The notes: a model not told the origin generated them from the letters alone. A stretch of 64,000 nt of DNA from Candidatus Calditenuis fumarioli (GCA_030059665.1 JANVYR010000001.1:512001-576000); one strand, 5' to 3'; counted from the stretch's first letter, positions 20,811 through 30,038 are shown. Program-made: numbers and translations.

Positions 20811-21353
20811 ATGACTCCCGACGACGCTGTTGGTGATGAGGGGCCTCGCGAGGGACCGGAAGGGCCCGGGCACGAAACCCCGCCCGAGGGCGAACGGGAG
20901 GAATCGGAGCTGAGAATGGAATTGGAGAGGCTGAGGGAGGAGCTGGTGGCGCTCAAGCAGGAGCGGATGAGGCTCGCCGGTGCGGTCGAGAGGCTCCTCC
21001 GTCACCTGATAGGCGTCTCGGAGACCGTCGAGCGGGTCGCAGGCCTCTACGAGCTCTCGGAGGACGCCAACGCGAGGGCCCTCTCCGAGGGGCTGAGGAT
21101 GGTCTCGTCGGCGATCGAGCGCGCCTTGAGGGAGGAGGGGGTGGAGGTGATAGGTTTTGTCGGATCGAGGTTCGACCCGGCGCTGCACGAGGCCGTCGGC
21201 TTCGTCGAGTCCGAGGAGCACGAGGAGGGGACCGTCGTCTCGGTGGTGGAGAAGGGTTTCGCGTATGCTGGCAAGGTCCTCCGGCCTGCGAAGGTGCTCG
21301 TGGCGAAGAGGCCCCAGCCGGAAGGAGCGGGTGAGGCCGGACGGGTCACCTGA
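20811..21353 (+). CDS. grpE: Nucleotide exchange factor GrpE
   Basis: Coiled-coil N-terminus, FDPALHEAV, KGF, VLRPAKVLV. Confidence 0.9.
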   Translation: MTPDDAVGDEGPREGPEGPGHETPPEGEREESELRMELERLREELVALKQERMRLAGAVERLLRHLIGVSETVERVAGLYELSEDANARALSEGLRMVSSAIERALREEGVEVIGFVGSRFDPALHEAVGFVESEEHEEGTVVSVVEKGFAYAGKVLRPAKVLVAKRPQPEGAGEAGRVT

Positions 21354-22197
21354 GGCCCAAGACCCTCTCCGCGTTCCTCCAGAGGATCATCTCCTTCGTT
21401 TCGCGCTTCAGCTCGATCCTCTCGAAGTCAGCGAGCCACCTCGAAGGCCTGATCATCGGGTAGTCCGATCCGAACAGGACCTTCTCGGGGATCAGGTTGT
21501 CGGCGTACCTCCAGACCACCTGCGGTATGTACCTGGGAGACCAGCCCGAGAGCTCGATGTACACGTTAGCCTTGTGCTGAGCGATCGCCAGCGCCTCCTC
21601 GTACCAGGGCCAGCCGAAGTGGGCCATCACGACCTTCAGGCGCGGGAACTGGGCGGCGACGTTGTCGACGTAGATCGGCCTGCCGTGGTCCAGCCTGATC
21701 CCACCTCCTCCTTCCAGGCCAGCCCCTATCCCGGAGGTGCCCGTGTGGAAGAGCACCGGTATCCCGAGGTCCTCCGCCATCTGGTAGACCTCGAAGCACC
21801 GCTCGTCGTCTGGCCGGAACCGCTGGAGCTGGGGGTGAAGCTTAAGGCCCCTGAGCCCTAGGTCCTTCACCGCCCTCTCCAGCTCGAGCACCGACCTCTT
21901 CCCTCCGAGGGGGTCAACGGTTGCGAAGGCGATCACGCGTTCCGGGTCCACCCGCTGGAGCTCGGCCATCTGCTCGTTGCTGTCACCGGGGATGCCGGTG
22001 AGCCTCGACGCGTCGAGCGGCAGAAGCACCATCCTCCCCACACCAGCCTCCTCGTACTCCCTCAACGCCTCCTCGATACCTATCTGCCCGAAGTCGCTCC
22101 TGAAGTAGGACCTCATCTTCTCCACGAACGGGCCCAGGGTCCTGAAGAAGCCCGGAGTGGTGAGGTGGACGTGGAAGTCGATCGGTCTCCCGCTCAT
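21346..22197 (-). CDS. Amidohydrolase 2 family protein (CouO-like)
   Basis: DFHVH, GLKLHP, FHTG, MAHFGWPW, LSGWSP, LFGSDYP. Confidence 0.88.
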   Translation of the reverse strand: MSGRPIDFHVHLTTPGFFRTLGPFVEKMRSYFRSDFGQIGIEEALREYEEAGVGRMVLLPLDASRLTGIPGDSNEQMAELQRVDPERVIAFATVDPLGGKRSVLELERAVKDLGLRGLKLHPQLQRFRPDDERCFEVYQMAEDLGIPVLFHTGTSGIGAGLEGGGGIRLDHGRPIYVDNVAAQFPRLKVVMAHFGWPWYEEALAIAQHKANVYIELSGWSPRYIPQVVWRYADNLIPEKVLFGSDYPMIRPSRWLADFERIELKRETKEMILWRNAERVLGLR

Positions 22198-22263
22198 GGG
22201 TCGTGTGGTGAACAGTCACAGATTAGAATTTGCTCGGTCGGAGCTTCCAGAAACGCAAATCCG

Positions 22264-22335
22264 TGGACCGGGCGGGACTCGAACCCGCGACCTCCCGGGT
22301 GCGAACCGGGCGATCTGCCGCTGATCTACCGGCCC
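22264..22335 (-). tRNA. tRNA-Ala(CGC)
   Basis: Reverse complement GGGCCGG...CCCGG-TT-CGC-AC-CCGGG...GGTTCGAGTCC...CCGGTCC-A with a G3:U70 pair; TTTAAA about 28 nt upstream. Confidence 0.96.
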
Positions 22336-23010
22336 AAGCATCGACTATTTTCCATCTTAGCATTTAAACCTTAAGTAGAGGATGCCTTGTGGCTTATTTC
22401 ATCGGCCTATTTCTGCTGGATATTGCGTAATCATAACTACTGGTAATTACCCACAGGCATTCGATTCTGAGGTCTTTCCTATCGAGGTTCAGGGGAGTAA
22501 GCAAGAGGTACCTCCAAGCATACCTATCGATCCTAGCGCTTCTGATCGACATGCCTAGGAGTTGGTTCAGTCCGCTGCTATCCCTTTCGATGCCGAGACG
22601 AGCGTTTGTAAAATTTTGGTTGACGGCGTGAACGGGAAGGGGACGTCGTTATCAGATCCGTAGATCTCCGGTCATCCCCTGCTCGGCCTCTACTCGTCGG
22701 TTTGGCGTACGGTCGATAGCAAGAGGCAACTAAGGTAATACCATTTTTCAGCAACTGATAAGTGCTCTGAATTGAGTTGATATTGAGATTCAACTTTTAC
22801 CTCATCGAGCAGCATATATAAATCCCCTAAATGAATTTTGCTGAAGACAACCCCAATCATCTTAAAATAGAGGTCAAAAAATTCATCCGTGCGAAGGGGT
22901 GGCGCGGCGGGAAGCCGCGCAGAGCCCGAAAATCCCGGAATCGGGAACGGTGATCCCGAGAGAGGGAGTTGAAAGTCCATATCAACGAATCGCGTGGGGA
23001 GCGAGTAGGG

Positions 23011-23766
23011 TCAAGCCCTCGAGAAGGGCTTGGTCCTGAGGTTTTCGGGGTCGAGGCGCGCTATCACCTCCCTCTCCTCCCTCGTGGGCTCCCGCGTGGG
23101 CGGTGCATCCCTGCCTGTGACGTCGAAGCCGGTGGACGCGATCACCTCGTCGACGGATGACCAGGGATGGACCGACAGGAGCCTCCACGCCCTTTTCTCC
23201 CTCTCGTGCTCGAGGAGGCAGAGGTCTGTGCAGAGCAGGACCCTGTTGGACGCGTTCCTGGCGGTGGCGGTGACGAAGTCGACCCGCCTGACGAGGCTTC
23301 TTGGACCGTGCCTGAAGTTCCACAGGACCGCCTTCCTGACGAGAGGGAGTATGAAGGCAGCAGCCGCGCCTCCGGGCAGCCTCACCTTCGGGCTCTCGAG
23401 CTGGCCGATGACGGAGACGTTGACGTTCGCATCGGAGTCGATCTGCGCCGGTCCTAGGAACATCACGTCCACCTTGCCCTTCTGGGCGAGGTCGAAGGCG
23501 TCGACCGTTGGCATGACGGCCCCCAGACCAGCCAGCTCAGGGTCACCGGTGGAGCGCTTGACCTGGATGTCCGCCAGCGACGGCTCGTAACCCTCCGCGA
23601 CCGTTGTGACCCTGATCCGCTTCCCGTGGACGAGCTTGGCGACGGCCGCCGCGAGCAGAGCGTGGTGCGAGTTGAGGCCCACGAAGACCAAGTCGCCGTC
23701 GGAGAGGAGGTCCGCCATGCAGGTCACTATCAGGTCCGCAGCGTAAGTGGGGTCCCGGAAGGCCAT
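23011..23766 (-). CDS. CoA-transferase subunit B (GctB-like)
   Basis: LVFVG, DVMFLGPAQID-x-x-ANVN, VRLPGG, FVRRVDF equivalent, TDLC, SVHP. Confidence 0.82.
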   Translation of the reverse strand: MAFRDPTYAADLIVTCMADLLSDGDLVFVGLNSHHALLAAAVAKLVHGKRIRVTTVAEGYEPSLADIQVKRSTGDPELAGLGAVMPTVDAFDLAQKGKVDVMFLGPAQIDSDANVNVSVIGQLESPKVRLPGGAAAAFILPLVRKAVLWNFRHGPRSLVRRVDFVTATARNASNRVLLCTDLCLLEHEREKRAWRLLSVHPWSSVDEVIASTGFDVTGRDAPPTREPTREEREVIARLDPENLRTKPFSRA

Positions 23767-25700
23767 CAGCCTCCCCCACCCGCCTGTAGGGACCTTTTCA
23801 GCGACTCCACAGCGGCCCTAATTTCCTCAACGCTGGCCTCGTCCTCCAACGTCGACAGGTCTCCCGGCTGAGAACCCGTCAGCACTGCCCTCAGAACCCT
23901 CCGCATGATCTTTCCCGTCCTGGTCCTCGGAAGCCGGTCGACCAAGTACACCGCGCCGATGACCGCCACCGGCCCCACCTCCTTCCTGACGATCTCCCTG
24001 ACCTCCTCCTCGAGCTGCCGCGGATCGACCTCGTGACCCTTCCTCAGCGTTGCGAAGACCGCCAGCACCTCGCCCCTCACCGGATCCGGGACCGAGACGA
24101 CGGCCGCCTCAGCCACCGCGGGATGGCGCGCCACCGCGTTCTCCACGTCGGCCGGCGCAAGCCTGTGACCCGCCACCTTTACCACGTCGTCAACCCTGCC
24201 CAAGATGTAGACGTATCCCTCCTCGTCGACGTAGCCGTAATCGCCGGTGAGGTAGAGCCCCTCGAACCTGCTCCAGTAGGCCTTGACGTACCGCTCGGGA
24301 TCACCCCAGACGCTGTACATGAACGCGGGCGGGACCGGGGGCTCGATCACCACGTTCCCCCTCTCACCGGGGCCGAGCGGCTCACCGCTGTCGGAGAGGA
24401 TCCTGATCTTGATGCCGGGATAGGGAAGGCCGACTGAGCCCTGCTTGTAACGGATGCCGCCGGCGATGCCGAACCCGAGGGGCGCGGCGATGAAACCGGA
24501 GTTCTCCGTCTGGCCCCATGTCTCGATGACGTGGCAGTCCTCCCTCTCTCGGGCGACGTTCCTCTTCAACCACCTCCAGGCCTCGACACCGAGGATCTCG
24601 CCTGCGCTGACTATCAGCCTCAGCGAAGAGAGGTCGTACCGCTTCGGGACCTCGTCGCCGTACCGCATCAGGAGCCTCACCGCCGTGGGCGCGACCCACA
24701 TCGAGCTCACCCTGAACCTCTCCACAATCTCCCACCAGATCCCCGGATGGGGGTGATCCGGTGCGTCCTCGTACCAGAGAACCGTGACGCCGTTCAGCAG
24801 CGGGCCGTAGGTGCTGTAGCTGTGACCGTTGATCCATCCAATATCGGGCGTGGAGAAGAAGACGTCGCTTTCTCCCCATCCGAAGAGCCACTTGTTGTGG
24901 GCGCAGGCCCAGACGGTGTAGGGGCCGTGAAGGTGGACGACGCCCTTAGGCCTCCCGGTGGTCCCCGACGTGTAGAGGATGAAGAGCGGGTCCTCCGATC
25001 TGACCCTCTCCGGATCGGAGCTCGAACCCGGGGTTTGACGCTGGACTAGCTCGTGGTACCAGTGATCCCTCCCCTCCCTCATCGGCGTCCGATCGAGGCC
25101 GACGCGCCTCAGAACCACAACGCTCTCGACGGTTCCGGCGAGCTCGGCCGCCTCGTCAACGACCCGCTTCAGCTCGATCACCTTACCCCTCCTGAACATC
25201 CCGTCGGCGGTCACGACCAACCTCGACCCCGAGTCCCTGATCCTCTCCGCGAGAGCTCCGACGCCGAATCCGCTGAAGACGACGCTGTGGACGGCTCCGA
25301 TCCTCGCAACCGAGAGCATCGCCACCATCGCCTCGGGCACCATCGGCATGTAGATGGTTACCCTGTCTCCCTTTCTGACCCCGAGCTCCCTCAGGGCCGC
25401 CGAGAACCTCCTGACCTCTTCGAGCAGCTCAGAGTAGGTGAGCCTCTTCGTCTCGCCATTGCTGCCGCACCATATCAGCGCAGTCCTTCCTCCCCTGCCC
25501 TCTTTCACGTGTCTGTCGAGGCAGTTCTCGGTCACGTTGAGCTCGCCGCCGACGAACCACCTGTAGAAGGGAGGGTTCGAGCTGTCCAGCGTCACGTCCC
25601 ACTTCCTGTACCAGCTCAGCTCCGACGCCACCCTGCTCCAGAAGCCCTCTGGATCCCGGATGGACTCCTCGTAGACCTCGCGGTAGAGCTCCAGCGACAT
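23766..25700 (-). CDS. acs: Acetate--CoA ligase (AMP-forming)
   Basis: FILYTSGTTGRPKGV, DIGWINGHSY, ETWGQTE, GRVDDV, PRTRTGKIMRR. Confidence 0.93.
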   Translation of the reverse strand: MSLELYREVYEESIRDPEGFWSRVASELSWYRKWDVTLDSSNPPFYRWFVGGELNVTENCLDRHVKEGRGGRTALIWCGSNGETKRLTYSELLEEVRRFSAALRELGVRKGDRVTIYMPMVPEAMVAMLSVARIGAVHSVVFSGFGVGALAERIRDSGSRLVVTADGMFRRGKVIELKRVVDEAAELAGTVESVVVLRRVGLDRTPMREGRDHWYHELVQRQTPGSSSDPERVRSEDPLFILYTSGTTGRPKGVVHLHGPYTVWACAHNKWLFGWGESDVFFSTPDIGWINGHSYSTYGPLLNGVTVLWYEDAPDHPHPGIWWEIVERFRVSSMWVAPTAVRLLMRYGDEVPKRYDLSSLRLIVSAGEILGVEAWRWLKRNVAREREDCHVIETWGQTENSGFIAAPLGFGIAGGIRYKQGSVGLPYPGIKIRILSDSGEPLGPGERGNVVIEPPVPPAFMYSVWGDPERYVKAYWSRFEGLYLTGDYGYVDEEGYVYILGRVDDVVKVAGHRLAPADVENAVARHPAVAEAAVVSVPDPVRGEVLAVFATLRKGHEVDPRQLEEEVREIVRKEVGPVAVIGAVYLVDRLPRTRTGKIMRRVLRAVLTGSQPGDLSTLEDEASVEEIRAAVESLKRSLQAGGGG

Positions 25701-25749
25701 TCGGGTCCCCTCTGATTCGACTACGCATAAGCGTTTTCAATGGGGGACG

Positions 25750-26271
25750 ATGAGGTCTCAGCGGATGATCAAGGCCTTCGTCCTCGGAGTGGTCGGCAGC
25801 AGGAGCGAGCTGGTCTCTTCGCTCAACGCGATCAGGAACCTTCCGAACGTCGAGGAGGCCTACCTGCTGTGGGGGACCTACGACGTGATCGCTAAGGTCG
25901 TGGTGCCGAGCCTGGAGGACCTGAACTCCGTCCTCGACGGGCTCTACAGGTCGGGCGTTGTGGACTCGAACACGCTGATCGTGAACCCTGGAGGCCTCTC
26001 CCTCGAGAAGCCGGAGAGCAGATCGAAGCGGAAGTGCGCCTACACCTTCATCAAGATCAGGAGGCCGGCCGCACCGAGGCTCTGGGGCAGGTTCCTCAGC
26101 GAGATAGACGCGGTGATGGAGGCGTACGAGATCTTCGGGATGTACGACGTGATCGTCGCCGTCTCAGAGGACGTCAGGACCGACTTCTTCGACTCCTACT
26201 TCCGGAAGCTCTGGATCCTCACCGAGATCAACATGAACAACACGACCACGATGTTCACCGTCGAGGTCTGA
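25750..26271 (+). CDS. Tandem Lrp/AsnC ligand-binding domain protein without HTH
   Basis: Two repeats: VEEAYLLWGTYDVIAKV and VMEAYEIFGMYDVIVAV, ending NTLIV and TTTMF. Confidence 0.8.
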   Translation: MRSQRMIKAFVLGVVGSRSELVSSLNAIRNLPNVEEAYLLWGTYDVIAKVVVPSLEDLNSVLDGLYRSGVVDSNTLIVNPGGLSLEKPESRSKRKCAYTFIKIRRPAAPRLWGRFLSEIDAVMEAYEIFGMYDVIVAVSEDVRTDFFDSYFRKLWILTEINMNNTTTMFTVEV

Positions 26272-26369
26272 GGCCGCTGGACCCCCTTGCATCGGGCAGT
26301 TTGGGGACAGCCCTGGCGATGGATATTAACCAAACCGCGCTGAATGGTTGAGCGGGCCGGCGTTCGGAG

Positions 26370-26458
26370 GGGCCCGTGGCCTAGCATGGATATGGCGCCG
26401 GCCTCCGGACGGGAAGGGGGAGAGCCGGAGGTCCCGGGTTCGAGTCCCGGCGGGCCCG
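26370..26458 (+). tRNA. tRNA-Arg(CCG) with a 14-nt intron at 37/38 (26409-26422)
   Basis: GGGCCCG/CGGGCCC-G; CCGGC-CT-CCG-G-[ACGGGAAGGGGGAG]-A-GCCGG. Confidence 0.93.
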
Positions 26459-26537
26459 ATCGTCCATTTCTTCCGCTCTCAGCTGCAAGGTGCACCCTGA
26501 AAGCCATCGGCGGAGCGATCGGTACCGATGCGCTGTT

Positions 26538-26903
26538 TCAGTGCTTGAAGTAAACCGAGAGGAGCATGTTGATGAAGCCGAGGTTGGGGTTAGGCTTGGT
26601 GATCGCGACGACGATGTCACCTCGATAGTGGAGCGCGAACATGTAACGCCTGTCCTCGAGCTCGACGTAGATCCTCTTGTAGTCGCCGAGCCTCATCATG
26701 TCAAGGACTGAGGTGACCACGCCCGAGACGGTCGAGACCGCGGCGGCCAGGAAGTCGGGCCTGAGGGAGATGGTGTTGGCGTAGGCGACCGGCGTTCCGT
26801 CGGGCTTCACCACCATCAGGACCTCCAGGGCTCCCCTGCTGACCCTGATTATCTCGTCGAGGTAGCTCTTGAGGGTCTCAGGGTCCTGGACGTAGCTGCT
26901 CAC
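26538..26903 (-). CDS. Roadblock/LC7 (MglB-like) protein
   Basis: GTG 26903 overlaps the upstream stop; VLMVVKPDGTPVAY, FLAAAVS, IYVE, ITKPNPNLG. Confidence 0.8.
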   Translation of the reverse strand: MSSYVQDPETLKSYLDEIIRVSRGALEVLMVVKPDGTPVAYANTISLRPDFLAAAVSTVSGVVTSVLDMMRLGDYKRIYVELEDRRYMFALHYRGDIVVAITKPNPNLGFINMLLSVYFKH

Positions 26904-27601
26904 TCCCCCCTCACCCCCAGCATCGACCGGAGGAAGGAGGAGCACGAGCTGACGGCGTTCCTCAGCGTCTCCGCCGGAACCCTGCCGAAGGGCCTGACGT
27001 AGACGAAGACCTCCCTCTCAGCAACCGCCTCGAGCCGCGCAACGGCTTCCGTTACGTCGTCCTCGAGGAGGACCATCTTGACGCCCTCGTTGGACATGGA
27101 GATGACCGAGTAGGCCTCGGCGAGCAGGGCCGCGACCTTCTCCGCCTCCACGTCGCCAACGTAATCGATGACCTGACCGGCCGAGTCGAAGAGGACCACT
27201 CCCTGGAGGTTGAAGTGCCGCGCGATCTCCGCGAGAGATTCGAACTTCACCGGCTCGGCGGCGGTCACGGTCAGAGTCCTCTGAGCGGGTTGCTGGGGCT
27301 CGGGCGACAAGGGCCCTTCTACCTGCGACGTCTGGGTCTCGGGTCTCGCAGTTTCCTGGGAGCTCGGGGTGGAGGGTTCGGTTGGGGTCTCGGGGACTGG
27401 TCTCTCCTCCGCCGGCGTCTCCGGTCTCGTGGGCTGCGGCACCTCTCGCACGGTTATCTGGAGGGCCTCCCGCATCAGCTTCAGCTCGGTCGTCAGCCTC
27501 CTGACAGACCCGAGGACCTGAATTACGAAGACCAGCAGTATCGCCACCACCACGCCGATCGCCAGCAGCGTCGTGAGCTCCGCACCCACCAGCATCTCCA
27601 C
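26900..27601 (-). CDS. Membrane-anchored protein: TM helix, Pro/Glu/Thr linker, roadblock-like C-terminal domain
   Basis: LLAIGVVVAILLVFVIQVL; PETP-rich linker; QGVVLFDSAGQVI...KVAALLA. Confidence 0.75.
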   Translation of the reverse strand: MEMLVGAELTTLLAIGVVVAILLVFVIQVLGSVRRLTTELKLMREALQITVREVPQPTRPETPAEERPVPETPTEPSTPSSQETARPETQTSQVEGPLSPEPQQPAQRTLTVTAAEPVKFESLAEIARHFNLQGVVLFDSAGQVIDYVGDVEAEKVAALLAEAYSVISMSNEGVKMVLLEDDVTEAVARLEAVAEREVFVYVRPFGRVPAETLRNAVSSCSSFLRSMLGVRGE

Positions 27602-27707
27602 CGCTCCGAGCGCTTTGCGGAGTATAAAGGTCGATCTCCAGCATCAGGCCGATATCATCCCGCGAGGTTCAGGGGAATTCCGGGATAGAGGCCCTTGAAT
27701 CCCAACG

Positions 27708-27935
27708 TCAGCGGGCGCCCGCCTCGATGGCCGAGAGCCTGATCCTCAGACGGGCCTCCTCCAGCAACACCTTCCTCATGTAGCAGAGGGCGCAGACCGG
27801 CCCGGAGGTGTGGAGGACCGTGCAGCTGACGCAGATCAGCCTGCCGCAGAGTCCGCATCTCCTCGGTGCGAACCTGTCCGGGTGGTAGTAGCACTTGAAC
27901 GTCAGGCTCTCCGCCTCGGCAAGAGGGATCACCAT
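27708..27935 (-). CDS. Small B-box-like zinc-finger protein
   Basis: CYYHP...CGLCGRLICVSC...CALC. Confidence 0.75.
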   Translation of the reverse strand: MVIPLAEAESLTFKCYYHPDRFAPRRCGLCGRLICVSCTVLHTSGPVCALCYMRKVLLEEARLRIRLSAIEAGAR

Positions 27936-28071
27936 CCCGCCTCAACGCAGTTGTCCTCCCTAATGTCCTCAGGACCCAGCGCCGATCGGACCGTTTTCCA
28001 CGTATCCACGCCGACTGTCCACGTTAATACCCTCGGAATCCCTCAACCCGTGTTTCTGGAGTTCTCCCAGA

Positions 28072-28389
28072 TCAGCCTGACCTGCCGGAATGCCCCTTGC
28101 CTCCACGAGGGTCGGGGCCGAGCAGGATGTATTTCCGCCTGTCGGAGAGGAGCTTGACCCCGTAGAGCCATCCGGACATGCAGGGCGCTGCGCCGAGGAC
28201 TTCCACGCGAACGCCCGAGACGTCTATCACCAGGGTTCCGGGCCTGGTGACGTTCCCCGACCGCTCGAACCAGTGGACCACGATCAGCCTTCCCGGCAGA
28301 AGAAAGACGTGGCCCTCGATCACCTCCAACAGGTCCTTCCCCTCGAGACCCGGGCTCGTCGGGAGTCCTCTGCGATCGGAGCCGGTCAT
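28072..28389 (-). CDS. Hypothetical protein
   Basis: 105-aa ORF whose start overlaps the stop of the upstream dehydrogenase; no recognisable motif. Confidence 0.5.
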   Translation of the reverse strand: MTGSDRRGLPTSPGLEGKDLLEVIEGHVFLLPGRLIVVHWFERSGNVTRPGTLVIDVSGVRVEVLGAAPCMSGWLYGVKLLSDRRKYILLGPDPRGGKGHSGRSG

Positions 28390-29516
28390 CTCCTCGTCCC
28401 GAGCACGAGCACCTTGTCGTCGCCGGTTCTCGGCGTCCCCCTCCCGTCCCGATTGCTGGTCAGGACGTAGATGGCACCGTCCGGTCCCTGCCTGACGTCC
28501 CTGAGCCTTCCGTAGGTCCCCCGGAGCGTCGTGAAGTGCTCCACAGGTGAGAGCTCGTCGCCGTCGAACCTTACCGCGTGGAGCGCACTACCCCTCAAAG
28601 CGGCGAAGAGCAGGCAACCGCTGAGTTCCGGCGGGTCGGGAGAGGTTAGGAAGTCGCAGCCCGATGGCGCCCAGGTCTCGCTCCCGCTCTCCAGCACGGG
28701 ATCGATGAACCTGGGGTCTCCCGCCCTTCCGATAGCGAGGGGCCAGCCGTAGTTCCCGCCCGGAACTATCAGGTTCAGCTCGTCGTGGGCGAACGCGCCG
28801 AACTCCCCGGTCGGCCCGTGCTCCGTCGCGAAGAGCCTCTTGTGCTTCGGGCTCCAGGCGAGTCCCTGGGGGTTCCGGTGGCCCAAGCTGTAGACCGGAG
28901 ACCCGGGAAAGGGGTTGTCGCCGGGAGGAGATCCGTCGGGCCTGATCCTCAGGACCTTCCCCGCCATCGAGTCGAGCCTCTGGGCGAGCTCCGGCCTCCT
29001 CGCGTCTCCGGTGGTCACGTAGAGGTTGCCGTCCGGACCGAGCCTGACGCGGCCGCCGTCGTGGACGCTCGATCCCTCAATTGGCCCAAGCAAGTCCACA
29101 CCGTCCTTCAGGGTGAGGTCGTCGTAGGACGTCACGACGTTGACGAGAGATCCGCCGGACGTCACGGTCCTGTAAAGGACGACCCGTGGACCGGGCTTGA
29201 CCACCTCGCACCCAAGCAGCCCTCCCTCGCCGACGTGGGACACCTGAACGGTCGCGAGCACCTCGGACCTTCCAGTCCCGAGATCGACCAGCCTGACCCT
29301 TCCAGGCCTCTCGGTGACCAGCGCCTCGTCGCCGGAGAGGAAGGCGATCGACCAGGGGATCTCGAGCCCCGTGACCAGCTCGTTCACCTCGAGCTTCTCG
29401 GGACCACCTGTGCCTCCGTTCCTCTCCCACGTCGAGCTCCTGCTCAACACCAGGTAGGCGGCCGCTAACCCTCCAGCTGCGATGGCGGCGATGAAGGCCC
29501 TCCTCCCTAACCTCAA
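28386..29516 (-). CDS. PQQ-dependent aldose sugar dehydrogenase (beta-propeller), exported
   Basis: TTG 29516 gives GRRAFI and a hydrophobic stretch; PWSIAF, LVTERPG, GLLG, HDGGR, GHRNPQG, DELN, NYGWP, APSG, GRLRD. Confidence 0.9.
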   Translation of the reverse strand: MRLGRRAFIAAIAAGGLAAAYLVLSRSSTWERNGGTGGPEKLEVNELVTGLEIPWSIAFLSGDEALVTERPGRVRLVDLGTGRSEVLATVQVSHVGEGGLLGCEVVKPGPRVVLYRTVTSGGSLVNVVTSYDDLTLKDGVDLLGPIEGSSVHDGGRVRLGPDGNLYVTTGDARRPELAQRLDSMAGKVLRIRPDGSPPGDNPFPGSPVYSLGHRNPQGLAWSPKHKRLFATEHGPTGEFGAFAHDELNLIVPGGNYGWPLAIGRAGDPRFIDPVLESGSETWAPSGCDFLTSPDPPELSGCLLFAALRGSALHAVRFDGDELSPVEHFTTLRGTYGRLRDVRQGPDGAIYVLTSNRDGRGTPRTGDDKVLVLGTRR

Positions 29517-29577
29517 TCCCCTCCACCCGAAAGTCCGGGAGCAAAAAATATCTGACGATTCCGAAGAGTAGAACGTC

Positions 29578-30033
29578 GTGACGCAGTACTGGATTCTGAT
29601 CGCGAAGGACCACAGGGGGAGGCAGAAGGGGGCCCAGATACCCGCGCAGGCGGTGATCGAGCGGAGGGTGAGGTACGGCATCTGGTTCATCAACCCGAGG
29701 AACCCCTACGCGAGGAGGGTCGAGCAGGGCGACAGGGGCCTGATGCTCGCGCTTGGGAAGGAGGGGAACCAGTTCATGGGGGAGCTGACGATCAACAGCA
29801 GGCCCATCCCTGCGGACGCGGCGCTCGAGTCGCTCAAGGAGGGCGTTCCGTCGACGATGCTGACGCATTACCTCAAGGTCACCGCGATCCTCTGGCCTAA
29901 GCCGAAGCCCCTCGAGCGCTTCCTCCACAGGCTCGAGTTCGTCAAGAACAGGTCCAAGTGGTACGCCTACTTCCAGGGCTCGCTGAAGCCTATCTCGGAG
30001 GAGACCTTCAGGGCCATCGCCTCGGACCCCTGA
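29578..30033 (+). CDS. EVE domain protein
   Basis: YWIL, GIWF, R-x-x-QGD, FVKNRSKW, FQGSLKPISEETF. Confidence 0.75.
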   Translation: MTQYWILIAKDHRGRQKGAQIPAQAVIERRVRYGIWFINPRNPYARRVEQGDRGLMLALGKEGNQFMGELTINSRPIPADAALESLKEGVPSTMLTHYLKVTAILWPKPKPLERFLHRLEFVKNRSKWYAYFQGSLKPISEETFRAIASDP

Positions 30034-30038
30034 GGACG

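Noticed and set aside
22945-22960. GGGAACGGTGATCCCG resembling part of a cobalamin riboswitch
   Set aside because: The other conserved elements are missing and it is not in a 5' leader.
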